Positions 28,855-42,156 of a stretch of DNA of 64,000 nucleotides are shown piece after piece. The translations under genes and the position numbers were made by a program. This DNA is from an uncultured Burkholderiales bacterium (GTDB taxonomy: Bacteria; Pseudomonadota; Gammaproteobacteria; Burkholderiales; Burkholderiaceae_C). How positions within the stretch are numbered: position 1 is the first letter of the stretch; each line of letters opens with the position of its first letter. The notes beneath the pieces were generated by a model. It did not search any database and was not told the origin of the DNA. It saw only the letters and a program-made list of their open reading frames with translations. The stretch covers positions 312 through 64,311 of the forward strand of contig CAIMUZ010000182.1 in assembly GCA_903844775.1 (NCBI GenBank), read 5' to 3'.

Positions 28855-31494
28855 ATGGCCGACTTGTCGGTATTGAAAGAAAAGTATCGGCAAGAAAAGC
28901 AGGCCTTATGGGCCCACATTGCCAATCACTCCGCCAACGGTCGAGGACTGAAGCGCACCTTATCTCGCTTGGCACATTTGGCCGATGCAGTGTTAGAGCA
29001 ACTTTGGCAAAACTCTGGTTTTGATCAAGGCGAAGCTTTGATCGGCGTTGGTGGATTTGGTCGCGGAGAATTATTTCCTTCTTCCGACGTGGATGTCTTG
29101 GTTCTTTTGCCAGATTTTGCAGACACAAAAGATTCGTCTGAATTGAAAACCAAGTTAGAAGCATTCATTGGCAGTTGCTGGGACAGTGGCCTGGAAATAG
29201 GCTCTAGCGTTCGGACCTTGAAAGACTGTTTGATTGAGTCGGAAAAAGATATCACCGTCCAAACTTCTTTATTGGAAAGCCGGTTCATTACAGGCAACAG
29301 AACCCTCTATACAAAGTTCAAGAAGAGCTTCAACGACGCAATGGACCCTGATGCATTCTTCGTTGCGAAAACGCTTGAAATGCAACAGCGGCATACGAAG
29401 TTCGAAAACACGCCCTATTCACTGGAGCCCAATTGCAAAGAATCCCCCGGCGGACTCAGAGACCTGCAAATTATTCTGTGGGTCTCGAAAGCGGCTGGCC
29501 TAGGTAACAATTGGGATGATTTGGCCAAGCGAGGCTTGGCAACACCCCTTGAAGTCAAGCAAATTAAACGCAATGAAGCGATTCTCAGCCTGATTCGTGC
29601 GCGGCTTCATTTGCTGGCAAAGCGCCGGGAAGATCGATTGGTCTTTGATTTGCAACATGCGCTGGCTGAATCCTTTGGCTACCAGGCGAAAAGCACGCCC
29701 GAAGGGAAACACACCCAAAGAGCCAGTGAAGTTTTGATGCGCCAGTATTACTGGGCAGCCAAGGCGGTCACTCAGCTCAACCAAATTTTGCTGCTCAATA
29801 TTGAAGCTCACCTTCAGTCTGAAAGGGGCGATTTGCAAATTGAAGTTCGCAAAATCAACGAGCATTTCAATGAAATAAATGGTTTATTAGATGTTGCGCA
29901 AGATGACCTCTACCAACAACACCCTCACGCTATTTTGCAAACGTTTTTGCTCTATCAGGAAACGCACGGCGTCAAAGGGCTTTCAGCCAAAACACTTCGA
30001 GCCCTCTACAACGTTCGCAATGTGATGGATGCCAACTTCAGGCGCGACCCCATTAACCGCCAAACGTTCCTCAAAGTTCTTCAAGAAAATGAAGGCATCA
30101 CCCATGTCATGCGTTTGATGAATCAGACCTCGGTACTAGGCCGTTATTTGTGGGTGTTTCGAAATATTGTGGGTCAGATGCAGCACGATCTGTTTCACGT
30201 GTATACAGTCGATCAGCACATCTTGATGGTTCTGCGAAATGTTCGTCGCTTTTTTATTGCCGATCACGCACATGAATACCCCTTCTGCTCACAATTGGCG
30301 GCAGGCTGGGACAAACCTTACATTCTCTACGTCGCGGCCTTGTTCCATGACATTGCCAAAGGTCGAGGTGGTGACCATTCGAAATTGGGCGTCTTGGAAG
30401 TCAAACGCTTTTGCAGACAACACAACATTCTGGCAGAAGATGCCAAACTCATCGCCTTTTTGGTGAGCGAACATCTCAGCATGAGTCATGCGGCTCAAAA
30501 AGAAGACCTGAGCGACCCAGACGTTATCGCTGCATTTGCAAAGCGTGTGGGAAATGAACGCTATCTCACCGCTCTTTATTTACTGACAGTTGCAGACATT
30601 CGAGGAACCAGCCCCAAAGTTTGGAATGCCTGGAAAGGCAAGTTACTCGAAGACTTGTATCGATTCACGCTCCGCGTCTTAGGCGGAAGAGCGCCTGATG
30701 CCAATGCAGAAATTGAAGCACGCAAGCGAGATGCTTTGGTTGAGTTGGCACTGCACGCCGAGCCGCATGAAGGCCAAAAAGCACTTTGGGACACCTTGGA
30801 CATTGGTTATTTCATGCGCCATGACGCCAGTGAAATTGCGTGGCATGCCCGGCAGTTGTCGCGGCATGTTCTCAAAGCAAGCGACGGCGCTAATTTATTG
30901 GACAACGCCAAAAGCATCGTTCGTGCAAGAATTTCCCCTTTAGGTGAAGGCTTGCAAGTGTTGGTTTACACCCCCGATCAAACAGATTTGTTTGCGCGTA
31001 TTTGCGGTTACTTTGACCAGGCTGGCTTCAGTATTTTGGACGCCAAAATTCACACCGCAAAGAACGGCTTTGCGCTGGACACATTTCAGGTTGTGACCTC
31101 GCTTCTGCCCGAACACTATCGCGAGTTGATCAACATGGTGGAATCTGGTTTAAGCATCACCATCGATAAAAAAGGGGCGCTTCCACCTCCTACCAAAGGT
31201 CGAGTTTCCCGTCGAGTTAAGAATTTCCCGATAGCACCTCGCATCACACTGCACCCCGATGAAAAGGCACAAAGTTGGCTATTGGGTATTTCAGCGAGTG
31301 ACCGTCTCGGACTTTTGTACAGTGTTGCCAGCGTGCTTGCAAAGCACAGTATCAGCTTGAAGCTCGCCAAGATCAGTACCTTGGGTGAACGCGTAGAAGA
31401 TACTTTTCTGATTGAGGGTTCTGCGCTTCAGCACAACCGCGAACAGATCGAAATTGAGACAGAGTTACTTCAGGTCTTGCAAGCCGGAATTTAG
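28855..31494 (+). CDS. glnD: [Protein-PII] uridylyltransferase
   Basis: GGFGRGEL...SDVD, KESPGGLRD, YTVDQH, LFHDIAKG and C-terminal ACT domains. map-glnD synteny. Confidence 0.95.
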   Translation: MADLSVLKEKYRQEKQALWAHIANHSANGRGLKRTLSRLAHLADAVLEQLWQNSGFDQGEALIGVGGFGRGELFPSSDVDVLVLLPDFADTKDSSELKTKLEAFIGSCWDSGLEIGSSVRTLKDCLIESEKDITVQTSLLESRFITGNRTLYTKFKKSFNDAMDPDAFFVAKTLEMQQRHTKFENTPYSLEPNCKESPGGLRDLQIILWVSKAAGLGNNWDDLAKRGLATPLEVKQIKRNEAILSLIRARLHLLAKRREDRLVFDLQHALAESFGYQAKSTPEGKHTQRASEVLMRQYYWAAKAVTQLNQILLLNIEAHLQSERGDLQIEVRKINEHFNEINGLLDVAQDDLYQQHPHAILQTFLLYQETHGVKGLSAKTLRALYNVRNVMDANFRRDPINRQTFLKVLQENEGITHVMRLMNQTSVLGRYLWVFRNIVGQMQHDLFHVYTVDQHILMVLRNVRRFFIADHAHEYPFCSQLAAGWDKPYILYVAALFHDIAKGRGGDHSKLGVLEVKRFCRQHNILAEDAKLIAFLVSEHLSMSHAAQKEDLSDPDVIAAFAKRVGNERYLTALYLLTVADIRGTSPKVWNAWKGKLLEDLYRFTLRVLGGRAPDANAEIEARKRDALVELALHAEPHEGQKALWDTLDIGYFMRHDASEIAWHARQLSRHVLKASDGANLLDNAKSIVRARISPLGEGLQVLVYTPDQTDLFARICGYFDQAGFSILDAKIHTAKNGFALDTFQVVTSLLPEHYRELINMVESGLSITIDKKGALPPPTKGRVSRRVKNFPIAPRITLHPDEKAQSWLLGISASDRLGLLYSVASVLAKHSISLKLAKISTLGERVEDTFLIEGSALQHNREQIEIETELLQVLQAGI

Positions 31495-31498
31495 TGAT

Positions 31499-33796
31499 TT
31501 AACGCTTTTTCCGAGGGGGTAAGCCGGTGTGCTGAGTAAGGATTCTGCCAGGTCGTGGGGCCGCACTGGGCGTGCTGTTTTTTCTTCTTGCACTTTGATA
31601 TTCATCTGACAAGGGCTGCCAAGTGGGGATGAGATGGTGCTTGCCATTCCCAATTAAATCTGCACGCCCCATCGCTTTCAAAGCGTCTCTGAGCAAAGGC
31701 CAATGGTTGGCATCGTGATAGCGCAAAAATGCTTTGTGCAAACGGCGACGTTTTTCACCTTTCACCACATCCACTTTTTCACTGTCCCGCGTAATTTTCC
31801 GAAGCGGATTTCGGGTGGTGTGGTACATGGCCGTGGCCGTCGCCATCGGACTTGGATAGAAAGTTTGAACTTGATCTGCACGAAAACCATTTTTTTTCAG
31901 CCAGATGGCCAGATTCATCATGTCTTCGTCGCTGGTGCCGGGGTGGGCAGCGATGAAATAGGGCACCAAGAATTGTTTTTTACCAGCTTCGGCACTGTAC
32001 TTATCAAACATGTTTTTGAATTTGTCGTAGGCCCCAATGCCAGGCTTCATCATTTTGGTCAAAGGACCTGACTCTGTGTGTTCCGGCGCAATTTTCAAAT
32101 AGCCACCGACATGGTGTGTGACCAGTTCTTTCACATACTCAGGGCTTTGCACGGCCAGGTCATATCGCAAACCAGAGCCAATCAAAATCTTTTTGATGCC
32201 CTTCAAGCTTCGCGCTTTTCGATACATCTGAATTAAGGGGTCGTGATCTGTCGTGAGATTGCTGCAGATACCAGGGAAGACACAACTCGGCTTACGGCAA
32301 GCCGATTCGATTTCAGGGCTTTTGCAACCCAATCGATACATGTTGGCGGTGGGACCACCTAAATCAGAAATAACACCCGTAAACCCCTTTACTTTGTCAC
32401 GGATGTCTTCAATTTCACGAATAACAGAAGCCTCGCTTCGACTTTGAATGATGCGCCCTTCGTGTTCCGTGATGGAGCAAAACGTACACCCCCCAAAACA
32501 ACCGCGCATGATATTGACAGAAAACCGAATCATTTCCCATGCCGGTATTTTGGTCACACCATCATGTGAGCCATTTTCATCTGCATAGCTTGGGTGAGGG
32601 CTTCGGGCATAAGGCAAATCGAACACTGCGTCCATTTCGGCAGTGGTCAGAGGAATGGGTGGGGGCGTGATCCAGACATCTCTGGCGGTGTGCCCCTCAC
32701 CGTGTGCTTGCACTAAACAACGGGCGTTGCCAGGATTGGTTTCTAAATGCAAGACCCGATTGGCGTGCGCATACAAAACAGGGTCGCTTTTCACTTGTTC
32801 ATAACTGGGCAAGCGAATGACACTTTTTTCACGAGGGGGGACCTTGTGCAAACCTTTGCCACGCATGGCAGGCAACTGAGGGTTGGGCACAAATTGGAGC
32901 GGCTGAGTTTGAATGTGGGTCGGCTTTGGCAAAGAATTTTGCTGATCTGCCACTGACTGCGCTTCATCTTCCCTTGCACACGATGCGCCGTTTTCTCGCG
33001 CCTGCTCAGAGATCATTAAGTAGGGATTGACGTGTGCCTCAACATGACCCGGCGTGTCTACCGATGATGAATCAATTTCAAACCAAGCCTCAGGCGTTTG
33101 GCGCCGAACAAAGGCGGTGCCTCTGACATCAAGGATGTCATGAACAGGCACTCGAGCGGCCAAGCGGTGCGCAATCTCGACCACAGCGCGTTCAGCATTA
33201 CCGTATAACAACAAGTCACATTTGCTGTCCACCACAATGGACCGTCGAACTTTATCTGACCAATAGTCGTAGTGCGCAATTCGACGCAGAGAACCTTCAA
33301 TACCACCCAGTACGATCGGAACATCGGGGAAGGCTTCGCGACAACGCTGGCTGTAAACAATGGCGGCCCGATCAGGCCTTTTGCCACCCATGTCGCCAGG
33401 CGTGTAGGCATCATCTGTGCGAATTTTGCGATCAGCCGTATACCGATTGATCATGGAGTCCATATTGCCCGCAGTGACACCCCAAAATAAATTGGGTTTG
33501 CCTAAAATGCGAAAGGGCTCGGCACTTTGCCAATCGGGCTGCGCAATGATGCCAACTCGAAACCCTTGGGCTTCTAACATTCGGCCAATGACGGCCATGC
33601 CAAAGCTGGGATGATCGACATACGCATCACCCGTGACCAAAACAATGTCACAACTGTCCCAACCCAATTGGGTCATTTCTTCGCGACTCATGGGCAAAAA
33701 AGGCGCCGTGCCAAAGCGTGAAGCCCAGTACTTTCGATAACTGGTCAGGGGTTTCGCTTCGCGCGGAAAAAAAGAGACGTCAACAAAGGCGTTCAT
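31499..33796 (-). CDS. ygiQ: YgiQ (UPF0313) family radical SAM protein
   Basis: [23 protein letters not shown] (CxxxCxxC) and [10 protein letters not shown] motifs. Start at MNAFVD. Confidence 0.9.
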   Translation of the reverse strand: MNAFVDVSFFPREAKPLTSYRKYWASRFGTAPFLPMSREEMTQLGWDSCDIVLVTGDAYVDHPSFGMAVIGRMLEAQGFRVGIIAQPDWQSAEPFRILGKPNLFWGVTAGNMDSMINRYTADRKIRTDDAYTPGDMGGKRPDRAAIVYSQRCREAFPDVPIVLGGIEGSLRRIAHYDYWSDKVRRSIVVDSKCDLLLYGNAERAVVEIAHRLAARVPVHDILDVRGTAFVRRQTPEAWFEIDSSSVDTPGHVEAHVNPYLMISEQARENGASCAREDEAQSVADQQNSLPKPTHIQTQPLQFVPNPQLPAMRGKGLHKVPPREKSVIRLPSYEQVKSDPVLYAHANRVLHLETNPGNARCLVQAHGEGHTARDVWITPPPIPLTTAEMDAVFDLPYARSPHPSYADENGSHDGVTKIPAWEMIRFSVNIMRGCFGGCTFCSITEHEGRIIQSRSEASVIREIEDIRDKVKGFTGVISDLGGPTANMYRLGCKSPEIESACRKPSCVFPGICSNLTTDHDPLIQMYRKARSLKGIKKILIGSGLRYDLAVQSPEYVKELVTHHVGGYLKIAPEHTESGPLTKMMKPGIGAYDKFKNMFDKYSAEAGKKQFLVPYFIAAHPGTSDEDMMNLAIWLKKNGFRADQVQTFYPSPMATATAMYHTTRNPLRKITRDSEKVDVVKGEKRRRLHKAFLRYHDANHWPLLRDALKAMGRADLIGNGKHHLIPTWQPLSDEYQSARRKNSTPSAAPRPGRILTQHTGLPPRKKR

Positions 33797-33952
33797 GGGC
33801 CGAATTTCAGAGGGATTTCCATAGTTTAGAGCCTCTGGCCTGCCCACGGGCTTGAAAGGTCTTTTTAAATGCCCAGATTGCGCTTCACCGCGACCTTCAA
33901 AAGCCCCTTGGTTTGAATGGAGGGTCATTTTTTGGATGTGGATAATCCAACA

Positions 33953-34549
33953 ATGACCTTAGAGACAACGCATCTTCAGCAGCCAGGCTCAAAAACCGAA
34001 TTGTTCATTGCCTTTACCTTGCTGGCCCTGCAAGGCGTGGGCGGGGTATTGACAGTGGCTCAGCGGGAACTGGTTGAGCGTCGCAAATGGATGACCAACC
34101 AACAATTCGTGGAAGAGTGGTCTGTTGCTCAAGTCATGCCAGGTCCTAACGTCGTCAACTTGGGTTTGATGTTGGGTGGCAAATATTTTGGCATGGCGGG
34201 TGCTGCGGCCGCGGTTTCGGGTTTATTGATTGCACCTTTGATTTTGGTTCTTGGCTTAGCGATTTTGTTCGGTGGTGTGTCTGACAATCCCATGGCGCAA
34301 GGTGCCCTCAAAGGCATGGGGGCTGTGTCAGCCGGTTTGATCATTGCCACCGGCATCAAATTAAGCAGCTCCTTGCGGCAAAATCCCATGGGCCTTGGGA
34401 CTGCATGGCTGTTGGCCCTTGCTGCATTTGTGATGGTTGGAATTCTTCGATTACCTCTTGCTTGGGCATTGTTAGGCCTGGGGTTGCTAGGTTGTGGACT
34501 TGCTTTTCGCGCCTTGTCGCAGACAAAGTCAAAAGAGAAAAACTCATGA
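33953..34549 (+). CDS. Short-chain chromate transporter (ChrA family), first subunit
   Basis: GVGG...LVERRKWM...[11 protein letters not shown]-family motif. Confidence 0.88.
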   Translation: MTLETTHLQQPGSKTELFIAFTLLALQGVGGVLTVAQRELVERRKWMTNQQFVEEWSVAQVMPGPNVVNLGLMLGGKYFGMAGAAAAVSGLLIAPLILVLGLAILFGGVSDNPMAQGALKGMGAVSAGLIIATGIKLSSSLRQNPMGLGTAWLLALAAFVMVGILRLPLAWALLGLGLLGCGLAFRALSQTKSKEKNS

Positions 34550-35148
34550 TCCACGCGATCACTCTCACGCCTTATGACTGGCTTGACCTGTTCACGCATT
34601 TCGCACTGCTTTCCCTGTTGTCCGTTGGTGGCACCATCACAGCTGCGCCAGAAATGCATCGCTTTCTGGTGGATGAAAAACATTGGTTAAGTGATGCTTC
34701 ATTTTCTTCATCGATTGCATTGGCCCAATCATCTCCTGGCCCCAATGTCTTGTTTGTCGCCTTAATGGGATGGCATATAGGGCTTAACGCCGGCGGTGGA
34801 TTGAGCGGCGGTATCTTGGCGTGGAGCTTGGGCATGTTAGGGATTTTGATCACCATGACCGGCATCATGCTGCCCTCTTCTGTGCTCACCTACGTTGCCA
34901 CCAAATGGGCCCACGACAACAGAAATTTTCTTTCGGTTCGATCTTTCAAGTCGGGAATGGCGCCCCTTGTGATTGGACTTTTGGTTTCTACAGGCTGGGT
35001 TCTCTTGGGTGCGCACAACAACATCACTCAAGATTGGAGGCTGTGGCTACTGGCTGGCGGGGCCGTCATCATGATGCTCAGAACATCTGTTCACATTTTG
35101 TGGCTCATGGCAGCAGGCGCTGCATTTGGCGCACTCGGATGGCTTTAA
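34546..35148 (+). CDS. Short-chain chromate transporter (ChrA family), second subunit
   Basis: SVGG...LVDEKHWL...AQSSPGPN motif. ATGA overlap with the first subunit. Confidence 0.88.
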   Translation: MIHAITLTPYDWLDLFTHFALLSLLSVGGTITAAPEMHRFLVDEKHWLSDASFSSSIALAQSSPGPNVLFVALMGWHIGLNAGGGLSGGILAWSLGMLGILITMTGIMLPSSVLTYVATKWAHDNRNFLSVRSFKSGMAPLVIGLLVSTGWVLLGAHNNITQDWRLWLLAGGAVIMMLRTSVHILWLMAAGAAFGALGWL

Positions 35149-35882
35149 CCCAAGCGTTGACGAACCGCCTCAAACAAGCACACGCCACTGGCCACTGAAA
35201 CATTCAAACTTTCAACAGCCCCTTGCATGGGAATGCTCACAAGTTCGTCGCAGGTTTTGCGTGTGAGTTGACGCATGCCAGGGCCTTCTGCACCAAGAAC
35301 AAGCGCAACAGGGCCTCTAAGGTCGACTTGGTAAATATTTTTCGGAGCGTCACCGCTGGTACCGATGGCCCAAATAGAACGCTCCTTGAGCTCTCCTAAA
35401 GTACGTGCCAAATTGGTCACCATGAAATAAGGCACTGTTTCGGCCGCACCACTGGCCACCTTGGCCACTGTGGCATTGATGCCAGCAGCATGATCCTTGG
35501 GTGCAATCACGGCGTGCGCGCCCGCACCATCTGCCACGCGCAAACATGCCCCTAAATTGTGAGGATCGGTCACCCCGTCCAGTACCAGCAACAAGGCTGG
35601 GCCTTGAACCTGGTCCAGTAAGTCGTCCAAGGAATGGGCTTGAGGGAGCGACTCTACGCGGGCTGCAACGCCTTGATGGCCATGGCTGCCGGCCAACTTG
35701 GCCAATCGCATGCCATCGGCTTCGATCAAGCGAACACCTGCCTCTTGCGCACGTTCGATGAATTGCCGCATGCGAGCGTCGCGACGCGTAGTTTCAAAAT
35801 AAATCTCAACGATCGACTGCGGCGCCGTTTTGAGACGAACACCCACTGCGTGGAAACCAAATAGGATTTTGGGAGAAGACAT
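35145..35882 (-). CDS. rlmB: 23S rRNA (guanosine-2251-2'-O)-methyltransferase
   Basis: [25 protein letters not shown] and [13 protein letters not shown] motifs. Confidence 0.95.
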   Translation of the reverse strand: MSSPKILFGFHAVGVRLKTAPQSIVEIYFETTRRDARMRQFIERAQEAGVRLIEADGMRLAKLAGSHGHQGVAARVESLPQAHSLDDLLDQVQGPALLLVLDGVTDPHNLGACLRVADGAGAHAVIAPKDHAAGINATVAKVASGAAETVPYFMVTNLARTLGELKERSIWAIGTSGDAPKNIYQVDLRGPVALVLGAEGPGMRQLTRKTCDELVSIPMQGAVESLNVSVASGVCLFEAVRQRLG

Positions 35883-35889
35883 GCCCCGA

Positions 35890-36567
35890 TTATCGTTGGG
35901 ATATGAGGCGCCCAGCTTCCAAGGTCAGTGTTCGGTCGCATCTCTGGGCTAATTTCTGATCGTGTGTGACCAAAATCAAGGTGGTTCCGCGGGCTCGGTT
36001 CATGGTCAACATCAAATTCATGATGCTTTCACCGGTTTGCGCATCGAGGCTGCCGGTCGGCTCATCGGCCAACAACAATTTAGGTTGGACCACAAATGCC
36101 CTGGCCAATGCCACGCGTTGTTGCTCGCCGCCACTGAGAACTTTTGGAAAATGTCTCAATCTCTCAGCCAGCCCAACCTGACCCAAAATGTCTTTGGCAA
36201 TCTGAGCTGCCGCTTTCGTGCCAGCCAACTCAAGGGGCAGCATGACATTTTCAAGCGCTGTCAGATGGCCCATCAGTTGAAAGTTTTGAAAAACGAAGCC
36301 CAACTGTTGTCCCCGCCATGCGGCACGCTGATCCTCGGACATGTCAAAAATATTCATGCCGGCCAACTCAACACGCCCCATGCTGGGAACATCTAAACCC
36401 GCCATGATGGAAAGCAATGTGCTTTTCCCAGAGCCCGAGGCGCCCAAAATGGCCACGGTCTCCCCTTCATTCACAGAGAAATCAATATCACGCAAAATAG
36501 ACAGTTGCCCACTGGCATCGCTGACAATCTTACTGACATGGCTTACTGAAATCATGGTTACTGACAT
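35890..36567 (-). CDS. ABC transporter ATP-binding protein (YbbA/LolD-like)
   Basis: [25 protein letters not shown] and VTHD motifs. Divergent from a tesA-like gene, as ybbA is in E. coli. Confidence 0.9.
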   Translation of the reverse strand: MSVTMISVSHVSKIVSDASGQLSILRDIDFSVNEGETVAILGASGSGKSTLLSIMAGLDVPSMGRVELAGMNIFDMSEDQRAAWRGQQLGFVFQNFQLMGHLTALENVMLPLELAGTKAAAQIAKDILGQVGLAERLRHFPKVLSGGEQQRVALARAFVVQPKLLLADEPTGSLDAQTGESIMNLMLTMNRARGTTLILVTHDQKLAQRCDRTLTLEAGRLISQR

Positions 36568-36580
36568 GCAAATACCTTTA

Positions 36581-37261
36581 ATGCTTCACCGACACTTTAA
36601 CCGGCTTGTTTTGGGCTTGATCAGCACAGGTTTTTGTGGACTGCTGTGGGCCAATTCGGGCCCAAATAATCCACCAAAAATCAGTCAGCAAGGTGCTCCG
36701 AAAACAGTGCTCATTGTCGGGGATTCTCTGAGCGCTGAATATGGCTTGGCCAGAGGTTCCGGCTGGGCTCAGCTGATGTCACAACAAGCCACCCAAGAAG
36801 CTCTCCAATTTAATCTTGTCAATGCCAGCATCAGTGGTGACACCACATCGGGTGGCGTTAGCAGACTACCCTCTTTGCTGAAACAGCACCAGCCACATGT
36901 TCTGGTGATTGAACTGGGGGGCAACGATGCACTGCGTGGATTGAGCCTTCAGATGACTCAAAATAACCTGATGGCAATGGCGACAGAGGGAAGAAAAGCG
37001 GGCGCCAAAGTGTTGGTCGTTGCAATGCAAGTTCCGCCTAACTATGGCAGCAATTACCGACAGCAAATGGACGCGGTCTATGTCAAAGTTTCCAAGGAAA
37101 CCGGTTCACAATTGAACACCCATTTCCTCAAAGGCGTTGCGGACGATCCAGATCCACTGAAGTGGTTTCAGGCCGACAGAATTCATCCCAACGAGGCTGC
37201 CCAGAGCCTCATGATGAAAAACATCTGGCCTCAAATCAAAAAACTATTGCAGAATTTTTAG
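36581..37261 (+). CDS. tesA: GDSL arylesterase/thioesterase I (TesA-like)
   Basis: GDSLS, NASISGDTT, ELGGND and DRIHP motifs. Start uncertain (36566 or 36581). Confidence 0.85.
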   Translation: MLHRHFNRLVLGLISTGFCGLLWANSGPNNPPKISQQGAPKTVLIVGDSLSAEYGLARGSGWAQLMSQQATQEALQFNLVNASISGDTTSGGVSRLPSLLKQHQPHVLVIELGGNDALRGLSLQMTQNNLMAMATEGRKAGAKVLVVAMQVPPNYGSNYRQQMDAVYVKVSKETGSQLNTHFLKGVADDPDPLKWFQADRIHPNEAAQSLMMKNIWPQIKKLLQNF

Positions 37262-37263
37262 AA

Positions 37264-37458
37264 TCAAAGAGAAGGTGGCGGATGCGCTACGTCGTTTTGA
37301 GCTGCCGGGTCGTCAGCTGAACCTTCAGTGGCTTCATCAGAGCCGTCATCGGGAGAATCCGATTTTTTCTCCGCTTTGGCTTTGAGCTTGTCTTCTTTCT
37401 TGCGCTTCTTCGCCAATTCTTTTTGACGTTTTTCGTAACCGTAATTGGGAGTTGCCAA
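37264..37458 (-). CDS. Small hypothetical protein with basic N-half and acidic C-half
   Basis: TTG start preceded by AGAAAGAA. PNYGYEKRQKELAKKRKKEDK. Fills the gap between tesA and metC. Confidence 0.7.
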   Translation of the reverse strand: MATPNYGYEKRQKELAKKRKKEDKLKAKAEKKSDSPDDGSDEATEGSADDPAAQNDVAHPPPSL

Positions 37459-37511
37459 GATAGTTCTTTCTAGTGAATGAGGTCCACTGTATCAGTTTGC
37501 GATTGAAGAAT

Positions 37512-38770
37512 TCAACACCCTTCAAAATTCAAGCAGTGATGCAAGGAATGAGACAGGTCCGCAATCAGATCATGAACGGCCTCAAAGCCAGTTGAAAATC
37601 TAACCAAATGACCTTTTTGGAGGCCCGTTGGCCAAGCACTGCGAGCGCTTTCGACGTTGTAAGGCACCACCAAACTGATGGGGCCACCCCAACTGTAGCC
37701 AATTCGAAAAATCTCCAGCTGATCACAAAATGCGTCAACCTGATTGGAGGTCAAACGTGGGTCGAGCATCACACTGAAGAGACCTGCGGCATGCCCCCAG
37801 CCCCCCTTTGGCGCACACAAAGCCCTCCAATGATCATGGCCAAGAGAACCTGAAATAGCGGGATGTAAAACCTGAACACAGACACTTTGAGCCTGCCACC
37901 AATGGGCCAGTGCCCTGGCTGTTTTGTCTTGTATTTCGTAGCGCAGTGCAATCGTTGGCAATGATCTTAAGATGGTTTCAATGTCATTGGCACCGACGCA
38001 AAGACCCAAGCGCATGTGCGTGAGTTTCATTTTGAGCCCTAAAGTGTCATCGCGGGTCATGACACTGCCCATCAAAACATCCCCTCCGCCACTAGGGTAT
38101 TTGGTCAGTGCATGGACTGAGAAATCGACAGAAAGTTGGCCGTCCCCGAGCAAATCAAAGGGTTTGAAAGCAAGGCCCGCGCCCCATGTATTGTCTAAGG
38201 CTGTGTGACTGAGTGTTGTTTGCAAATTTGCAGGAGTTCAATCAAGTCAGGAAACTCCATCGTGAGCGATCCGGGGGCCTCCAGCCATACCAATTGGGTA
38301 TTGGGTTGTAACTTAGCCGCCAGGTCAGCAGGGTTCATGGCGTCATAGAAAGTGTGGGAAATGCCAAAGGCTTTCAATTCACCTTGGGCCAATACCTTGT
38401 TGGGGCCATAGGCGTTGTCGGGTAGCAAAACGTGGTCACCCGATTTGAGAACAGTGAACGAGACCACAGCAAGTGCAGAAAGACCACTTGGGGCCAGCAC
38501 ACAGTGAGAACCGCCCTCCAAAGCGCAAAGGCGCTCCTCTAGGGTGAAGGAGGACGGCGTGCCGTGCGTCCCATAGGTATAGGCTGACTTGTCCTTCCAC
38601 TCGCGCTGCCGCATGGCAGCCACATTGGGAAAGAAAACGGTGGAAGCCTTGAAAATGCCCGGCTGAGGGGCTTCGAATTCAGAAGGCGCCGTGTAGCTGT
38701 GATGAATCAGCTGGGTGCTGATGTGACTCAGCGCATGAGAAGAATGAGGGGATGATTTCTTGTCTGTCAT
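37512..38770 (-). pseudogene. metC: Cystathionine beta-lyase split by a 1-bp deletion near 38205
   Basis: The N-half has YGTHGTP and WLEAPGS. The C-half, in another frame, has DNTW, HALTKY (PLP lysine), IGYSWGG and VRFSTG. Confidence 0.8.
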
Positions 38771-38785
38771 CCCACGATCCTACCT

Positions 38786-39310
38786 TCAGACCTTCCACTT
38801 TTCCAGCAATTTTTCAGGCCTCAGGCTGTCATAGCCTTCAAAGGGTTGATGTATCCAGGGATTGGTTGGCAAATAATCAACGGAGTAATCGGGTTGAAAG
38901 CCTGAAACACCTTTGGTCCAAATGACCGCAGTGCGCAATTCAGTGATGGGTTTGTAATTGGTTTTTAACATGCTCACCACGGCATTGAGAGTGTGGCCAG
39001 AATCTGCCAAATCATCAACCAACAGCACGCGACCGGCAATTTCGCCCTTGGGCGTGGTGATGAAACGGGCAATGTCCAAGTGCCCCTGAATCGTCCCAGC
39101 GTCAGCGCGGTATGAGCTGGTCGACATGATCGCCAGTGGCTTGTCAAAAATGCGAGACAAGATATCGCCAGGTCGCATACCTCCCCGGGCCAAACAGAGA
39201 ATGGTGTCGAATTCCCAGCCTGATTGAAAGACCTTGAGGGCCAATTTTTCAATGAGGTTGTGATACTCGTCGTAACTCACATACAAATGTTTGCCGTCTT
39301 CTGTCAGCAT
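38786..39310 (-). CDS. Purine phosphoribosyltransferase family protein
   Basis: LARGG, VLLVDDLADSGHTL PRPP-binding motif and WIHQPFE. Downstream of purA. Confidence 0.9.
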   Translation of the reverse strand: MLTEDGKHLYVSYDEYHNLIEKLALKVFQSGWEFDTILCLARGGMRPGDILSRIFDKPLAIMSTSSYRADAGTIQGHLDIARFITTPKGEIAGRVLLVDDLADSGHTLNAVVSMLKTNYKPITELRTAVIWTKGVSGFQPDYSVDYLPTNPWIHQPFEGYDSLRPEKLLEKWKV

Positions 39311-39364
39311 GAAAAATCTCCAAAGGTTGAGGTCTGGCACCCCATGGTGCCAAATAAAAAAAGT

Positions 39365-41916
<2,552 letters not shown>

Positions 41917-41964
41917 GGCAATAAGGGGGCTGTTAAAACAGGGATTTTACTGGCTCAAAGCACC

Positions 41965-42156
41965 TTAATAGAGCCACATCAAAAGAAACAGCCCCAACAG
42001 CACAGTGGTCAGGCCAAAAAACCTGATTTGCCCATCTTCCATTTGTAAGAGTTGCTTGAACATTTCACGCCATTTGGTGGGTGAAATGAGGGGCATAAGC
42101 CCCTCAAAGATCAAAACCATCGCGAAGGCCGCAAGGATTGAACTCCAGAAATCCAC
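41965..42156 (-). CDS. DUF2065 (YjeT-like) small membrane protein
   Basis: LIFEGLMPLISP..WR...QIRFFG pattern. Located after hflC. Confidence 0.85.
   Translation of the reverse strand: MDFWSSILAAFAMVLIFEGLMPLISPTKWREMFKQLLQMEDGQIRFFGLTTVLLGLFLLMWLY

Noticed and set aside
33796-33953. N-terminal extensions given by the ORF track (ygiQ, chrA, tesA, ndk, rluB, bamD, Dabb)
   Set aside because: They come from upstream alternative start codons that overlap neighbouring genes or promoters. The downstream ATGs match the expected family N-termini better.
38195-38225. Programmed ribosomal frameshift or phase variation in metC
   Set aside because: There is no X XXY YYZ slippery site, the CA run is only three units, and a 2-bp unit change would not restore the expected codons cleanly.
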